Below are positions 25,414 through 37,000 of a stretch of 64,000 nucleotides of DNA, piece by piece; within the stretch, counting starts at the first letter, position 1, and every line of letters starts with the position of its first letter. The notes under the pieces are model-generated. The model was not told the DNA's origin. It saw nothing but the letters and a program-made list of their open reading frames with translations, and did no database searches. Both the position numbers and the translations under genes were made by a program. The stretch comes from Bugula neritina (lineage: Eukaryota > Animalia > Bryozoa). Location of the stretch: assembly GCA_964035545.1 (NCBI GenBank), contig OZ037771.1, positions 14,321,133 through 14,385,132 on the forward strand, given 5' to 3'.

Positions 25414-28052
25414 GCCTTCTTTATTTAGTGAAAATACTCAGAATAAAATTTCTCAAAAACAGCTTTTGCTTGCAACGAGATGAACCATGGAAAGCTGAAA
25501 TAACACTACAGTGATGATGTGCTAATAACTTTTTTCATATTTACGAAAACCTAATATTATATTGATTTGTATTGTATTGTATAATGTGACTATTCTACTA
25601 AATTTTTATTTAATTCGATCAAATCAATTAAATCAAGATGCATGAGTTTATCAAGAAGATGTCAATATACAATGCTCCCTCCATGTATCTCACGGTATCA
25701 TTTCTCATAAAATTCCATATAGGTTGCGAGAAAGGCTTGAACCCCTGTTTTGTGCTATGTATTATATGTGTGTATGGGGACAAAATGGCAGAATTTAACA
25801 GATCCACTAGTTAAATATTATATCCTACAGTGTCACAAATTGAGGTTTGGGACCCATGGCTTAGTGAGATATGGAGGAAACACTGTACTATAGGGCAGTT
25901 TTCTGGAAGGAGACGTTATATACATCCTCATGATAAAGTATTATCAAAATAATATTATGTAGTACTATTACAAAACAAGTATAATCTGATACCTCACACA
26001 TCAATTTTGTAAGCTGTTTAATGATTATTTATGCTCCGTAATTTGCAGGGGGTACTATTATTATCCCCAGAGTTTATAATTTCGTATTAATGCAAAATCT
26101 CCAGTCCCGCTCTACTATAGAAATGACGACGACTACTTTATTTTGAAAGGGTTATTCTCTCTTGCCACTAAAGCGATTCCTAATTTGCGTTTTTCTAGGT
26201 AATTTCCGAGATTATATTTGAAGATAAAAAAGCTCCAGTAAGTGTAACTCAAACTCAAACTGCAAGTTTAAACTTAGAGTTGTATTTCTTAATTATTTAT
26301 GGATGAACTTTCTCACATTGTTGCCTGAACTTTTGATAATTTTGATATTTTTTTTCACGAGAACAGAATTTTCCTTAAAATTGTCCTTAACTTTCAGCTT
26401 CAAGTTCACTCTCACCCTGCAAAATTAAGTCTAAGACTAAGTTTAATGACTAATCATTAATCAGTAATAACTAATGAGTAATGTAAATGACAATGATACT
26501 CACAATGTTATTGTCCAATTTAATAGTAAATCAAAATGTAATATTCTAAGTATATATTATATGTGAGTATAGGTATGACTATTACTTTATCTTTAGTATT
26601 ACTTTTTCTGATTAGTTTTAGTATGAGACTAAGTATTACTATTAGATTTAGTATTGGTATAACTAATAACTATAAGTTATATGAGTATAAGTATTACTAT
26701 TACATTTACTGAGTATTAAATTTAAGTCTAATAGAGTGACGACATCTGAGTGAGAGTAATAATATCACTATCAGTATAGGCTATACTAATACTAATAACA
26801 ATACTAATTTGACTAAAAAATTCTGACTAAATTTGACTAAAATATAATCATAGTGGTATATTTATCATAATCATAGTTATAATCATAAGATAATCATAAA
26901 CATAATGTGAGATCTTGTCACATTTTTATATTATAGTCATATCAATATGCCTATGGCCATGGGTACGATTTAAAATTAATTCTTGAACTAAAAAGTAGTT
27001 GTAGAGTTGTACACTATTACTATTAGTGTTTATATTACAACAAATTATAGTGAAATTGAATATTGTTGGAATATGTGTACTTATAGTAATAGTAGTATAA
27101 AAGGATAAATAATAGTCATTAGGATTAGCCTTAGGCTAACAGTCACTCAGCTAGTAATTTTCATCAAGAATAAAAATAAATACCATTGTCGTTTGGTTAC
27201 ACTCCGCTCTGACAGTGACTAGGGTGTACAACTGCCAGCACTTGTTAATTGTTTATATTTTCTTAAAACTAAAAGGCTGAAATGGAGTAGAAATAACTGA
27301 ATCTTGAGGGAGTAAGGGGAATTTTAAACTAGTAATACTAACTAGTAAACTTGCTTATAGGATCATGAGTATGAATAGAAGTGAAAATAAGTTGAGTCAT
27401 TACATTCAATAAAATTCAAATTGAAGCTCTTTGACATATACCAATTCTCTAGACTTCGTCTGATAAAATAATAAATTTTATTTGTTCAAACAAATTAATT
27501 TAATTCATTTTAATTCCTTACTACATTTTAATGTTTAATATTAGTTTACATATGTACAGACATGATTCTAATTAAGTATTAAGGATTACAGATGTACTGT
27601 AATACACTATTTTATTTCTACACAGAGCTCTCCGTGCCAAAATATCAACAAAAAATAATCGATACATTTTGTTTATATAGCGATTGCTATGTGCTGAATT
27701 GAAATATATTAATATTTTGTAATTATTTTAACCTTTATTTTGAAATGTTTTTTTTGCATAATAATTTATGTTTTATTGTGTTGAACTTAAAAACTGAACT
27801 AGTATTTGACACACACACCTATACACTGAGTGTAATTATTGGAGGCCACTGGATAGAATTTAATAATTTATTCAAAGCTAAATAACTCAATTAAAATTTG
27901 TTCTCATTTTTATAGCCTCGCAGATGAAAATGCGTTTGGTAGCTGATGGATTCAATACAATAAATAATAGTTTCTCCAAATGAACTTTCACCATTACGCT
28001 GAAAGTCGCCATCGCCTAAAACTCTTCAAGTATACAAGTTGAAAGCTTCAAG

Positions 28053-31000
28053 ATGTCTGACGATGAAGAAAACAACTTTATGACTGGATTCCTCTTTGGT
28101 AATTCTATTTTACCCTTTTCAAAGGCGGGCTGGGTTTTAATAGTGTAGTGTATGACTGGACTGTTGTGAAATGTAACAGATATTCACTGAAAAACATAAA
28201 TCAAAGCCTGAGTTTTGTGTGTGCAGGTAATATCAGTGTTGGAGGTGATCTAGAAGATGACGGCCTTCTAGACGAGGAATCCAGGAGACACATAGGTGCG
28301 CTCTCATACCTTGGAGGTGCTGAAATAGGGGTTCGGGACTTGCTCGCTGAAAATGATGCCGACAGCGCCTCGGGTGACCCTGAGAGCGCTGACACCGGGT
28401 ATGCCACGCAGGAAGACTCTGCGGTAAGTCTGCTACTAGTCATTCTAGAAGTTGTGTTCTCTTGTTATGATGATTTAATCTTTACATTGACCTTGACCTT
28501 GTTTAAAGGTAACTACTAGGATGATTGTTAATTCCATCATAGTTTGTGGTGCGATACATGTCTGATGATGGCATGTGTATAGTTTGTACCCAGTTTATGC
28601 TGTGCAAGGAGGAGGGGGGCAGACAGGGACCCCTATAGCACGACTTGTGTAGTTAAGTAGACTGCTATCTATCTCAAACTCTCACCAATCTGAATGTAAC
28701 TTCCTGCTACTAGATGATCTGGTGTCAATCCCGTCTGCATAGTGACGTTTTCTTTGTATTTGAGAGAAAAGTTAACCGAAAGTTTTGTTGCATCAGGAGA
28801 CATATTATACCTTCACCTGATATGAAAGTAACATACAGATGTTCCACTGTATAATAGAGTTATTTATGTATTTATTTATATTTATTCATGTGTTTATAAT
28901 GTGTAGGTGGATTACTCGGATATCACTGAGCTGATTGACGATGACGATGAGAACACCGACACACCCCCTTCCTCGCAGCTCTCCTCATTCCCGATGGATC
29001 CGCCCCCAGTCCCGAGCAGAGAGCATCCTGTCAGCGCTGACTCCGCTAGTGATAAGCTGAGCAAGCGGCTAGTCACACCTCTGGCTGACATGTTACCCCC
29101 GGAGTTTAAAGGAGCTGACGTTAGGGAGTTCTTCCCTGATTTCAAAGTTGGCGAGGTACGCAGTGGCCCCTTTGTCTACAGGACAAGCTATTCCGGAATG
29201 TTCTCTCTGGTTACTTTGAGATGTTTTCTTTGATTGATGTCTCTGTTGTAGGTGTTACGCTTCTCCAGACTCTTCCCTCCTCACTATACTCTCCCACAGT
29301 ATAAGAAGAAGAAGAAAAGTGAGGATTCCAGCAGGCCGAACTCTAAATCTGGTAAGATGGGATTGTTAAAACCTGTGGAGATGGATTGGGGGGTGACTCC
29401 GACACCCGACCAGCTAGCTAAGGATGAGCAGGTGAGGAGAGTGTGACAGTTTTTGAGCCAGTAGTAGTGGTGGTAATGGCAGCATTAATATTGATGGTAG
29501 TTATACTAGCAGCAGCAGTGGTAGTAGTACTACTAGTAGTAATAGTGTAAGTAATAGTGGTAGTAACAGTAGTGGTAGTAGTAATAGTAGTAGTAGCAGC
29601 AGTAGTAGTAGCAGTAGTAGCAGTAGTAGTAGTATTAGCAGCAGTAGTAGTAGTACCACTACTACTACTCCCGCCGCTGCTACTCCTACTCTTACTGCTA
29701 CTCCTACTCCTACTCCTACTCTTACTGCTACTCATGGTATCAACAGGTCACGTTCCTGGAGCCGATAGCCAAGACTGAGGGCCAAGTATCGTCAAGTTCC
29801 ACGGATAGAGATACCAAAGAGGGGGCAGAAGAAACTTCCAACTCTTGGCGATACGGACCTGCCCAATACTGGTACTGGTTTTACTCTTTGTTTGCTTTTA
29901 CCATTTTCTACAAACTGTATATAAAACTGCTCCTAATGTCTTGTGATTTATATGATTTCATTATTAGATGACCCTTTTTTTACCAGTTCTTCTATTGGGT
30001 TTTGGGGAAAGTTGTTTGAGTAAAGCATGTTGGTTATTTCTGGGTGTAAAGCACAGCAGCAATATGATTTGAACAGCGAGCACACAACAACCAGCCAACT
30101 AAATTCTTAGCTATATGTTGTTGTCTTACTCAGTACTGTGTTTGTCTTACTCAGCACTGTGTTTGTCTTACTCAGTACTGTGTTTGTCTTACTCAGTACT
30201 GTGTTTGTCTTACTCAGTACTGTGTTTGTCTTACTCAGTACTGTGTTTGTTAAGGTTTGACGTGCTGGGTGTAGACCCTGACGCTACAACCTATGACTAC
30301 GGGTTCAAGAAGAAAGCAGACGGTGCGGGAGAGGTGAGTAATGCCCCGTCACTGCAATGAACTGAGGCTAGAATTATAGTGAAGCTACTATAAGCTTGGT
30401 GTGTGGAGAATCTAGCTCTTGCATGTTGGAGATAGTAACTTGAGGAAACACCGCTAGACCCTCTCACTCTTCAGTATCTATCCTGAATAAGTACTCCATT
30501 ATTTGTATGCACACCTCTGACAGCTGCTGGCAATGTAGTCTGCGCTGCCTCTTGACTCGGTGATCTGCATTAGCCTTGTTGTGTCTGTAGAACGACTCTG
30601 CTGCCAGTAAAGTGCCGGCAGCACCTGATTATCCTGACGACGCGTACCTCATGGTGTGTCAGACTCAGTGGGAGAATGACGTGATATGGGTGGGGGAGGA
30701 GGGCAAGGCAGCGGCCACTCAGTGTAAGTGTACAATAGTGTAGATATATGGTGTAAGTGTGCAGTGTAAGTGTATAGTGTAAGTACATAGTGTAAGTGTG
30801 TAGTGTAAGTATATAGTGTAAGTGTATAGTGTAAGTATATTGTGTAAGTATATAGTGTAAATGTATAGTGTAATTATATAGTGTAAGTGTATAGTGTAAG
30901 TATTATCCACTCTATAGTGTCAGCACATAATCTGGATTGTTTTAAGTAACAAGTATACATAGTATACATACTCCAGAGATGCTGTCTAGGTACTGTAAGT

Positions 31001-34000
31001 ACATAGTGTAAGTACTTTAAGTTCTAAGAGACAACTGTACTAATCAATACTATATTTACACTATGTACCTATTGTATTTACACTATGTACTTAGGCTATA
31101 GACTTCCCGTGCTTGTTGCAAGTGTTATAAGTACATAGTACAACTTCTATGAGTACTTAGTGTAAGTACATAATGTCTGCGTAGTATATATGCTGCCTTC
31201 AGCCATGTTTGATATCATGTTTTACAGCTGCTAAGGCTAAAGCACCGAGTGCGGGCTGGATTCCAACCCCCCAATGCCGAACAGTAGAGCAGTATTGTCT
31301 TGCAAATAAAATTCCCAATATCTTTGACACGGGCAACTCTAAGAAATTTCAAAGCTTTTTTCCCATCGAGGTAGGAGTGTATTTGATACCCCCCAACCTT
31401 GTTGGTACTTCGTGCTATATGCACTCTGTATATACCTACGCTGCTAATTTTACCAAATATTTGCATAAAGTAGGATGTAGAGCAGTAAGTTTTTTAAACG
31501 GAGTTCATAAAAATATTTATTACAAGAAATTGAAAATATATTTTACGTTTACTGCTAGATATATTGTCATGTATATCCTTGTACCTCTTTTAATGGTTAG
31601 AAAGTGAAAGACATTTCTTCTTATGGATAAACGGGAAAGAGTTGAATATAATGTCTGCCGCTACTAACGTCTGCAGCTACTAACGTCTGCTGTGTGTTTT
31701 GACATGCTGTGACAGGTGTGATTATTCCAAGAACCTGTCATGTGTTGCCATTCAGTGATCTACACATGAGTATGTGTCACTGTAGAATGATGCTCTGGTG
31801 TACTCAGCGTGGGAGAAAGATATCATATGGGACTCGGAGAATATGGAGGAAATACCGACTCCTCGGGGATTGACCCTTGACCTTAATGACGATAACATTG
31901 TGTACGAGATACCTGAGGATAAGGTGCTGCACTTCTCTATAGTAGCTGCTTTGTGATTGGTGCTTTATGTTATCTTCGTTGTGATTGGTGCTATATTTCT
32001 CTCAAATTTTTTAAACACTTAAAAAAAGAACAAAGAGGGAGATTCTGATAAGCCAAGGGGGCAGGCATGGGGTACATCCACTAAATAAAAATGCCTGTTA
32101 AAGCAATGTAGAAGTAAAGTGTAGTATTGGCAAAACAATAGCATTTGGGTGTACAGACATTGTTGGCATGCTGGCTCTGTGTTGGCATGCTAGCTCTGTG
32201 TTGGCAAAATAGTAATCAAAGTAGAGGTTAGAAAAGCTTTGGTGTCTGCTGCCTATTTGTTTCATAAAGGCGGGTGTTCTAGTGAAAGAACTGTGTAATA
32301 AAAGACGGCAAGGTGGTCCACTGAATGCATCATGTACTGTTTTGTCAGGACTTCACCCAAGTTGTAGAATATATCTCAACAGTTGACTCAACACTGTGTT
32401 GAGTACAATTAAATGTCAAGTAAGTAAGTTTGAAGTTCTTTAAAAGCACTATTCAGTAGTTTTGTTGTTGCTAGGAGACGGAACAACCAGAAGAACTGCA
32501 GCCACAGACAACCACTAAGAAGGAGCCCAGAAAGTCCCAGCTGGCTATGCAGAAAATTGGCATTGTTAAAGGTGTGTCTTGATGAATAGAACACGGAATT
32601 GGGTAGCTGTATGTGTGTCTGAAATTGCAGAGAGAGAGAGAGAGAGTAGATTGGTATGCTAAAGAGAAAGTATATTGGTATGCTAAAGAGAGAGTATATT
32701 GGTATGCTAAAGAGAGAGTATATTGGTATGCTAAAGAGAGAGTATATTGATATGCTAAAGAGAGAGTATATTGATATGCTAAAGAGAGAGTATATTGGTA
32801 TGCTAAAGAGAGAGTATATTGGTATGCTAAAGAGAGAGTATATTGGTATGCTAAAGAGAGAGTATATTGATATGCTAAAGAGAGAGTATATTGATATGCT
32901 AAAGAGAGAGTATAATGGTATGCTAAAGAGAGAGTATAATGGTATGCTAAAGAGAGAGTATAATGGTATGCTAAAGAGAGAGTATATTGATATGCTAAAG
33001 AGAGAGTATATTGATATACTAAAGAGAGAGTATATTGATATGCTAAAGAGAGAGTATATTGGTATGCTAAAGAGAGAGTATAATGGTATGCTAAAGAGAG
33101 AGTATATTGGTATGCTAAAGAGAGAGTATATTGATATGCTAAAGAGAGAGTATATTGATATGCTAAAGAGAGAGTATATTGGTATGCTAAAGAGAGAGTA
33201 TAATGGTATGCTAAAGAGAGAGTATATTGGTATGCTAAAGAGAGAGTATATTGATATGCTAAAGAGAGAGTATATTGATATGCTAAAGAGAGAGTATATT
33301 GATATGCTAAAGAGAAAGTATATTGGTATGCTAAAGAGAGAGTATATTGGTATGCTAAAGAGAGAGTATATTGGTATGCTAAAGAGAGAGTATATTGATA
33401 TGCTAAAGAGAAAGTATATTGGTATGCTAAAGAGAGAGTATATTGGTATGCTAAAGAGAGAGTATATTGGTATGCTAAAGAGAGAGTATATTGGTATGCT
33501 AAAGAGAGAGTATATTGGTATGCTAAAGAGAGAGTATATTGGTATGCTAAAGAGAGGGTATATTGGTATGCTAAAGAGAGAGTATATTGATATGCTAAAG
33601 AGAGAGTATATTGATATGCTAAAGAGAGAGTATATTGATATGCTAAAGAGAGAGTATATTGGTATGCTAAAGAGAGAGTATATTGGTATGCTAAAGAGAG
33701 AGTATATTGATATGCTAAAGAGAGAGTATATTGGTATGCTAAAGAGAGAGTATATTGGTATGCTAAAGAGAGGGTATATTGGTATGCTAAAGAGAGAGTA
33801 TATTGATATGCTAAAGAGAGAGTATATTGGTATGCTAAAGAGAGAGTATATTGATATGCTAAAGAGAGAGTATATTGGTATGCTAAAGAGAGAGTATATT
33901 GGTATGCTAAAGAGAGGGTATATTGGTATGCTAAAGAGAGAGTATATTGATATGCTAAAGAGAGAGTATATTGGTATGCTAAAGAGAGAGTATATTGGTA

Positions 34001-37000
34001 TGCTAAAGAGAGAGTATATTGATATGCTAAAGAGAGAGTATATTGATATGCTAAAGAGAGAGTATATTGGTATGCTAAAGAGAGAGTATATTGGTATGCT
34101 AAAGAGAGGGTATATTGGTATGCTAAAGAGAGAGTATATTGATATGCTAAAGAGAGAGTATAATGGTATGCTAAAGAGAGAGTATATTGGTATGCTAAAG
34201 AGAGAGTATATTGGTATGCTAAAGAGAGAGTATAATGGTATGCTAAAGAGAGGGTATATTGATATGCTAAAGAGAGGGTATATTGGTATGCTAAAGAGAG
34301 AGTATATTGGTATGCTAAAGAGAGGGTATATTGATATGCTAAAGAGAGGGTATAATGATATGCTAAAGAGAGAGTATATTGGTATGCTAAAGAGAGAGTA
34401 TATTGGTATGCTAAAGAGAGAGTATAATGGTATGCTAAAGAGAGGGTATATTGATATGCTAAAGAGAGGGTATATTGGTATGCTAAAGAGAGAGTATATT
34501 GGTATGCTAAAGAGAGGGTATATTGATATGCTAAAGAGAGGGTATAATGATATGCTAAAGAGAGAGTAGATTGGTATGCTAAAGAGAGAGTAGATTGATA
34601 TGCTAAAAACTTACAATTATTATGGAATTCATATAAAATGGCGGCCATTTTACATATTTGGCAGAGAAAGAAGAGGAAGACGACGATGATAAGAACAGTA
34701 ATGTCAGGAAAGACCCGTTCAACATCAGCAACGATGAATACTACAACCCTAAACTGGCGACAGACAGTGTGCTGAGAACTAACGTCGGGGGTAAGATAAT
34801 TCCAAACAGTATGTGTGTCACGCTTGAGTGGGCCAGCTTGGAATCATTAAAATAAAATGACTTCTGCTTTCAAGTAACATTTCTTCAACCAAATTTCAGA
34901 CCCTGTTTAAAGCCGAGAAAACTGTTGATATGAAATTTTAGTGAACTTTTACATGTAGAAAGGGGTATTGAGGTGGTGCCCCATAACGCTATACATTTCA
35001 GTTAGGTTCTGCTGCTATTCTCTTCAGGTAATCTCATTCAGCACTCCACACCAGCCGTGGACCTGAAGCAACCGTTCTTCCCGACTTTCCTTGGACTCAA
35101 CAAACTCCGCCACTTCCACCGTCACCCTCTCAAGAAGTACTCGCACGGCACCATGTCAGAGCTCGGCCCGCTCCCCGTTCTGGGACTACAAAAACAGATA
35201 AAACGCAAGGGTGGGTAGGCACTAGTCCCTAAGTTCTTGTTGTCCTCTGCAATGCAATCAGGGTATCTGCTAACTCTGTAAACTTGCCAACTACAAAAGA
35301 ATTTTGTATGTTTCAATTGAAATTAGTTCTGAACTAGGAATGGTAAATGTCAAGGTTGTTTGTAATTTTTATTTCTGCTGTCCGCTTGCTATAAAAAGAA
35401 GTTTAGCTTAACATAGCGCGGCGGATTCAACCTTAGATGCTGTGCTAAGTGAAGGTCGTAATGATGTGAATGCAATAGAAGATTTGATTGGTTACAGCTA
35501 AGCTAAGAGACCAAGAAAGACAGGCTATGGGTGGGGGTGAGATATTCTTCATGAGGACCCCACAGGACCTCACTGCTTGTGACGGAGATCTCGTGCTAGC
35601 CGAGTATTCAGAGGAATATCCTCCTGTGTTGATGCAGGTCGGCATGGCAACCAAGGTCAAGAACTACTACAAGAGGGTACGTGTGTTTCTATTGGCTACC
35701 GCTTTGTTATATATATTTCTATTGGCTACTGCTTTGTTATATATATTTCTATTAGCTATTGCTCTGTTATTATATATTAAATAGAATAATACTTTATAGT
35801 ATTTGTAATACTAGTATATTATATATTGTAATACTAGTATACTATATATTGCAATATTAGTATATTATATACTGTAATACTATTATATATTGTAATACTA
35901 GTATATATTCAAGTATAATGTGTTACACAGAAACCAGGGGGAGATAATAAACCACCGAATCTGCCATACGGCGAGCTGGCATACGCCCACCACTCCCCGT
36001 TCCTCGGCAATCTCAATCCTGGCCAGACACTGCAGGCGTTTGAGAACAACATGTACCGAGTTCCTATCTACCAGGTTTGTTAGTGTACGGTTTACCTGGT
36101 GACCCAGCCTCTCCGATTAGTGTGTTACCACTGTGCTATGCTAGCTTGTAGAGTAGAGTATTGCTTGTTGAGTTGAACCAAGTTACAGTGAGCTCTGGTG
36201 AATTAGTAATTCAGTTGGCTCTTGTAGAGTGAGGTTGTGTTTTCAAAGCTCTCTGTAATCCAGTATTTAACTTCAAAACTCTTACTTTTGACAATGTTGA
36301 GCAGCTATTGCTTTTTACTAAATTTCGAGACTTTTTTTCATGTCTGTGATGTGTAATAAATCAATCAAATCAAGATGTCAGTTTCATACAGGAGTTTCTA
36401 CAGACACAGTGTAGGTCAAAGGTTATACACTTGTTTAGGACAACTCCTTAACGGACTGTATTCTTGTTACTTCCTGCTGCTATAACTCGCTAAGCCATTA
36501 TAACTCCTGAAACTGATAATTTGGTTATTAGTGACCCCAATGACTCATTCCATGGCCCCAATGACACCGTGTAAAGACACTAGTCACTGTATTAGTGTTG
36601 TGTATTGATGCAGCACGTTGTGCCCTACACTGACTTCCTGGTCATCAGAACTCGGCAGCATTACTACATCCGCAAAGTCAGCGACGTGTTCTGCGTCGGT
36701 CAGCTGTGTCCGCTGGCGGAGATCCCCGGCCCCAACTCCAAACGCGCCAACATCTTCGTGAGAGATTTCCTGCAGGCATTTATTTATAGGTTTGATTTTA
36801 GTTTAGTCAGTATAATGGACTCGTTGTGTGTGGAGACAGCTTTTTGAACTTTCATCTAGTTTTATACATGTATAAATTCCTTTATTTGCTTTGTGTATCT
36901 CTGCTTTAAGTTGTGAAAGTTTACACGTTGCAATACACATGTGTACGATTAATAATGTATAGTTGGTACAATTAATTATAACAGTATATATAATATAACA

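Noticed and set aside
29418-29778. Poly-Thr/Ser and poly-Val/Leu ORFs (also 16592-16828)
   Set aside because: Trinucleotide microsatellites.
32471-34648. 637-aa (+) and 725-aa (-) ORFs (MLKREYIG / YTLSLAYQ repeats)
   Set aside because: They are translations of a 24-bp satellite inside TAF1 intron 10; a stop-free unit whose length is a multiple of 3 produces long ORFs automatically.
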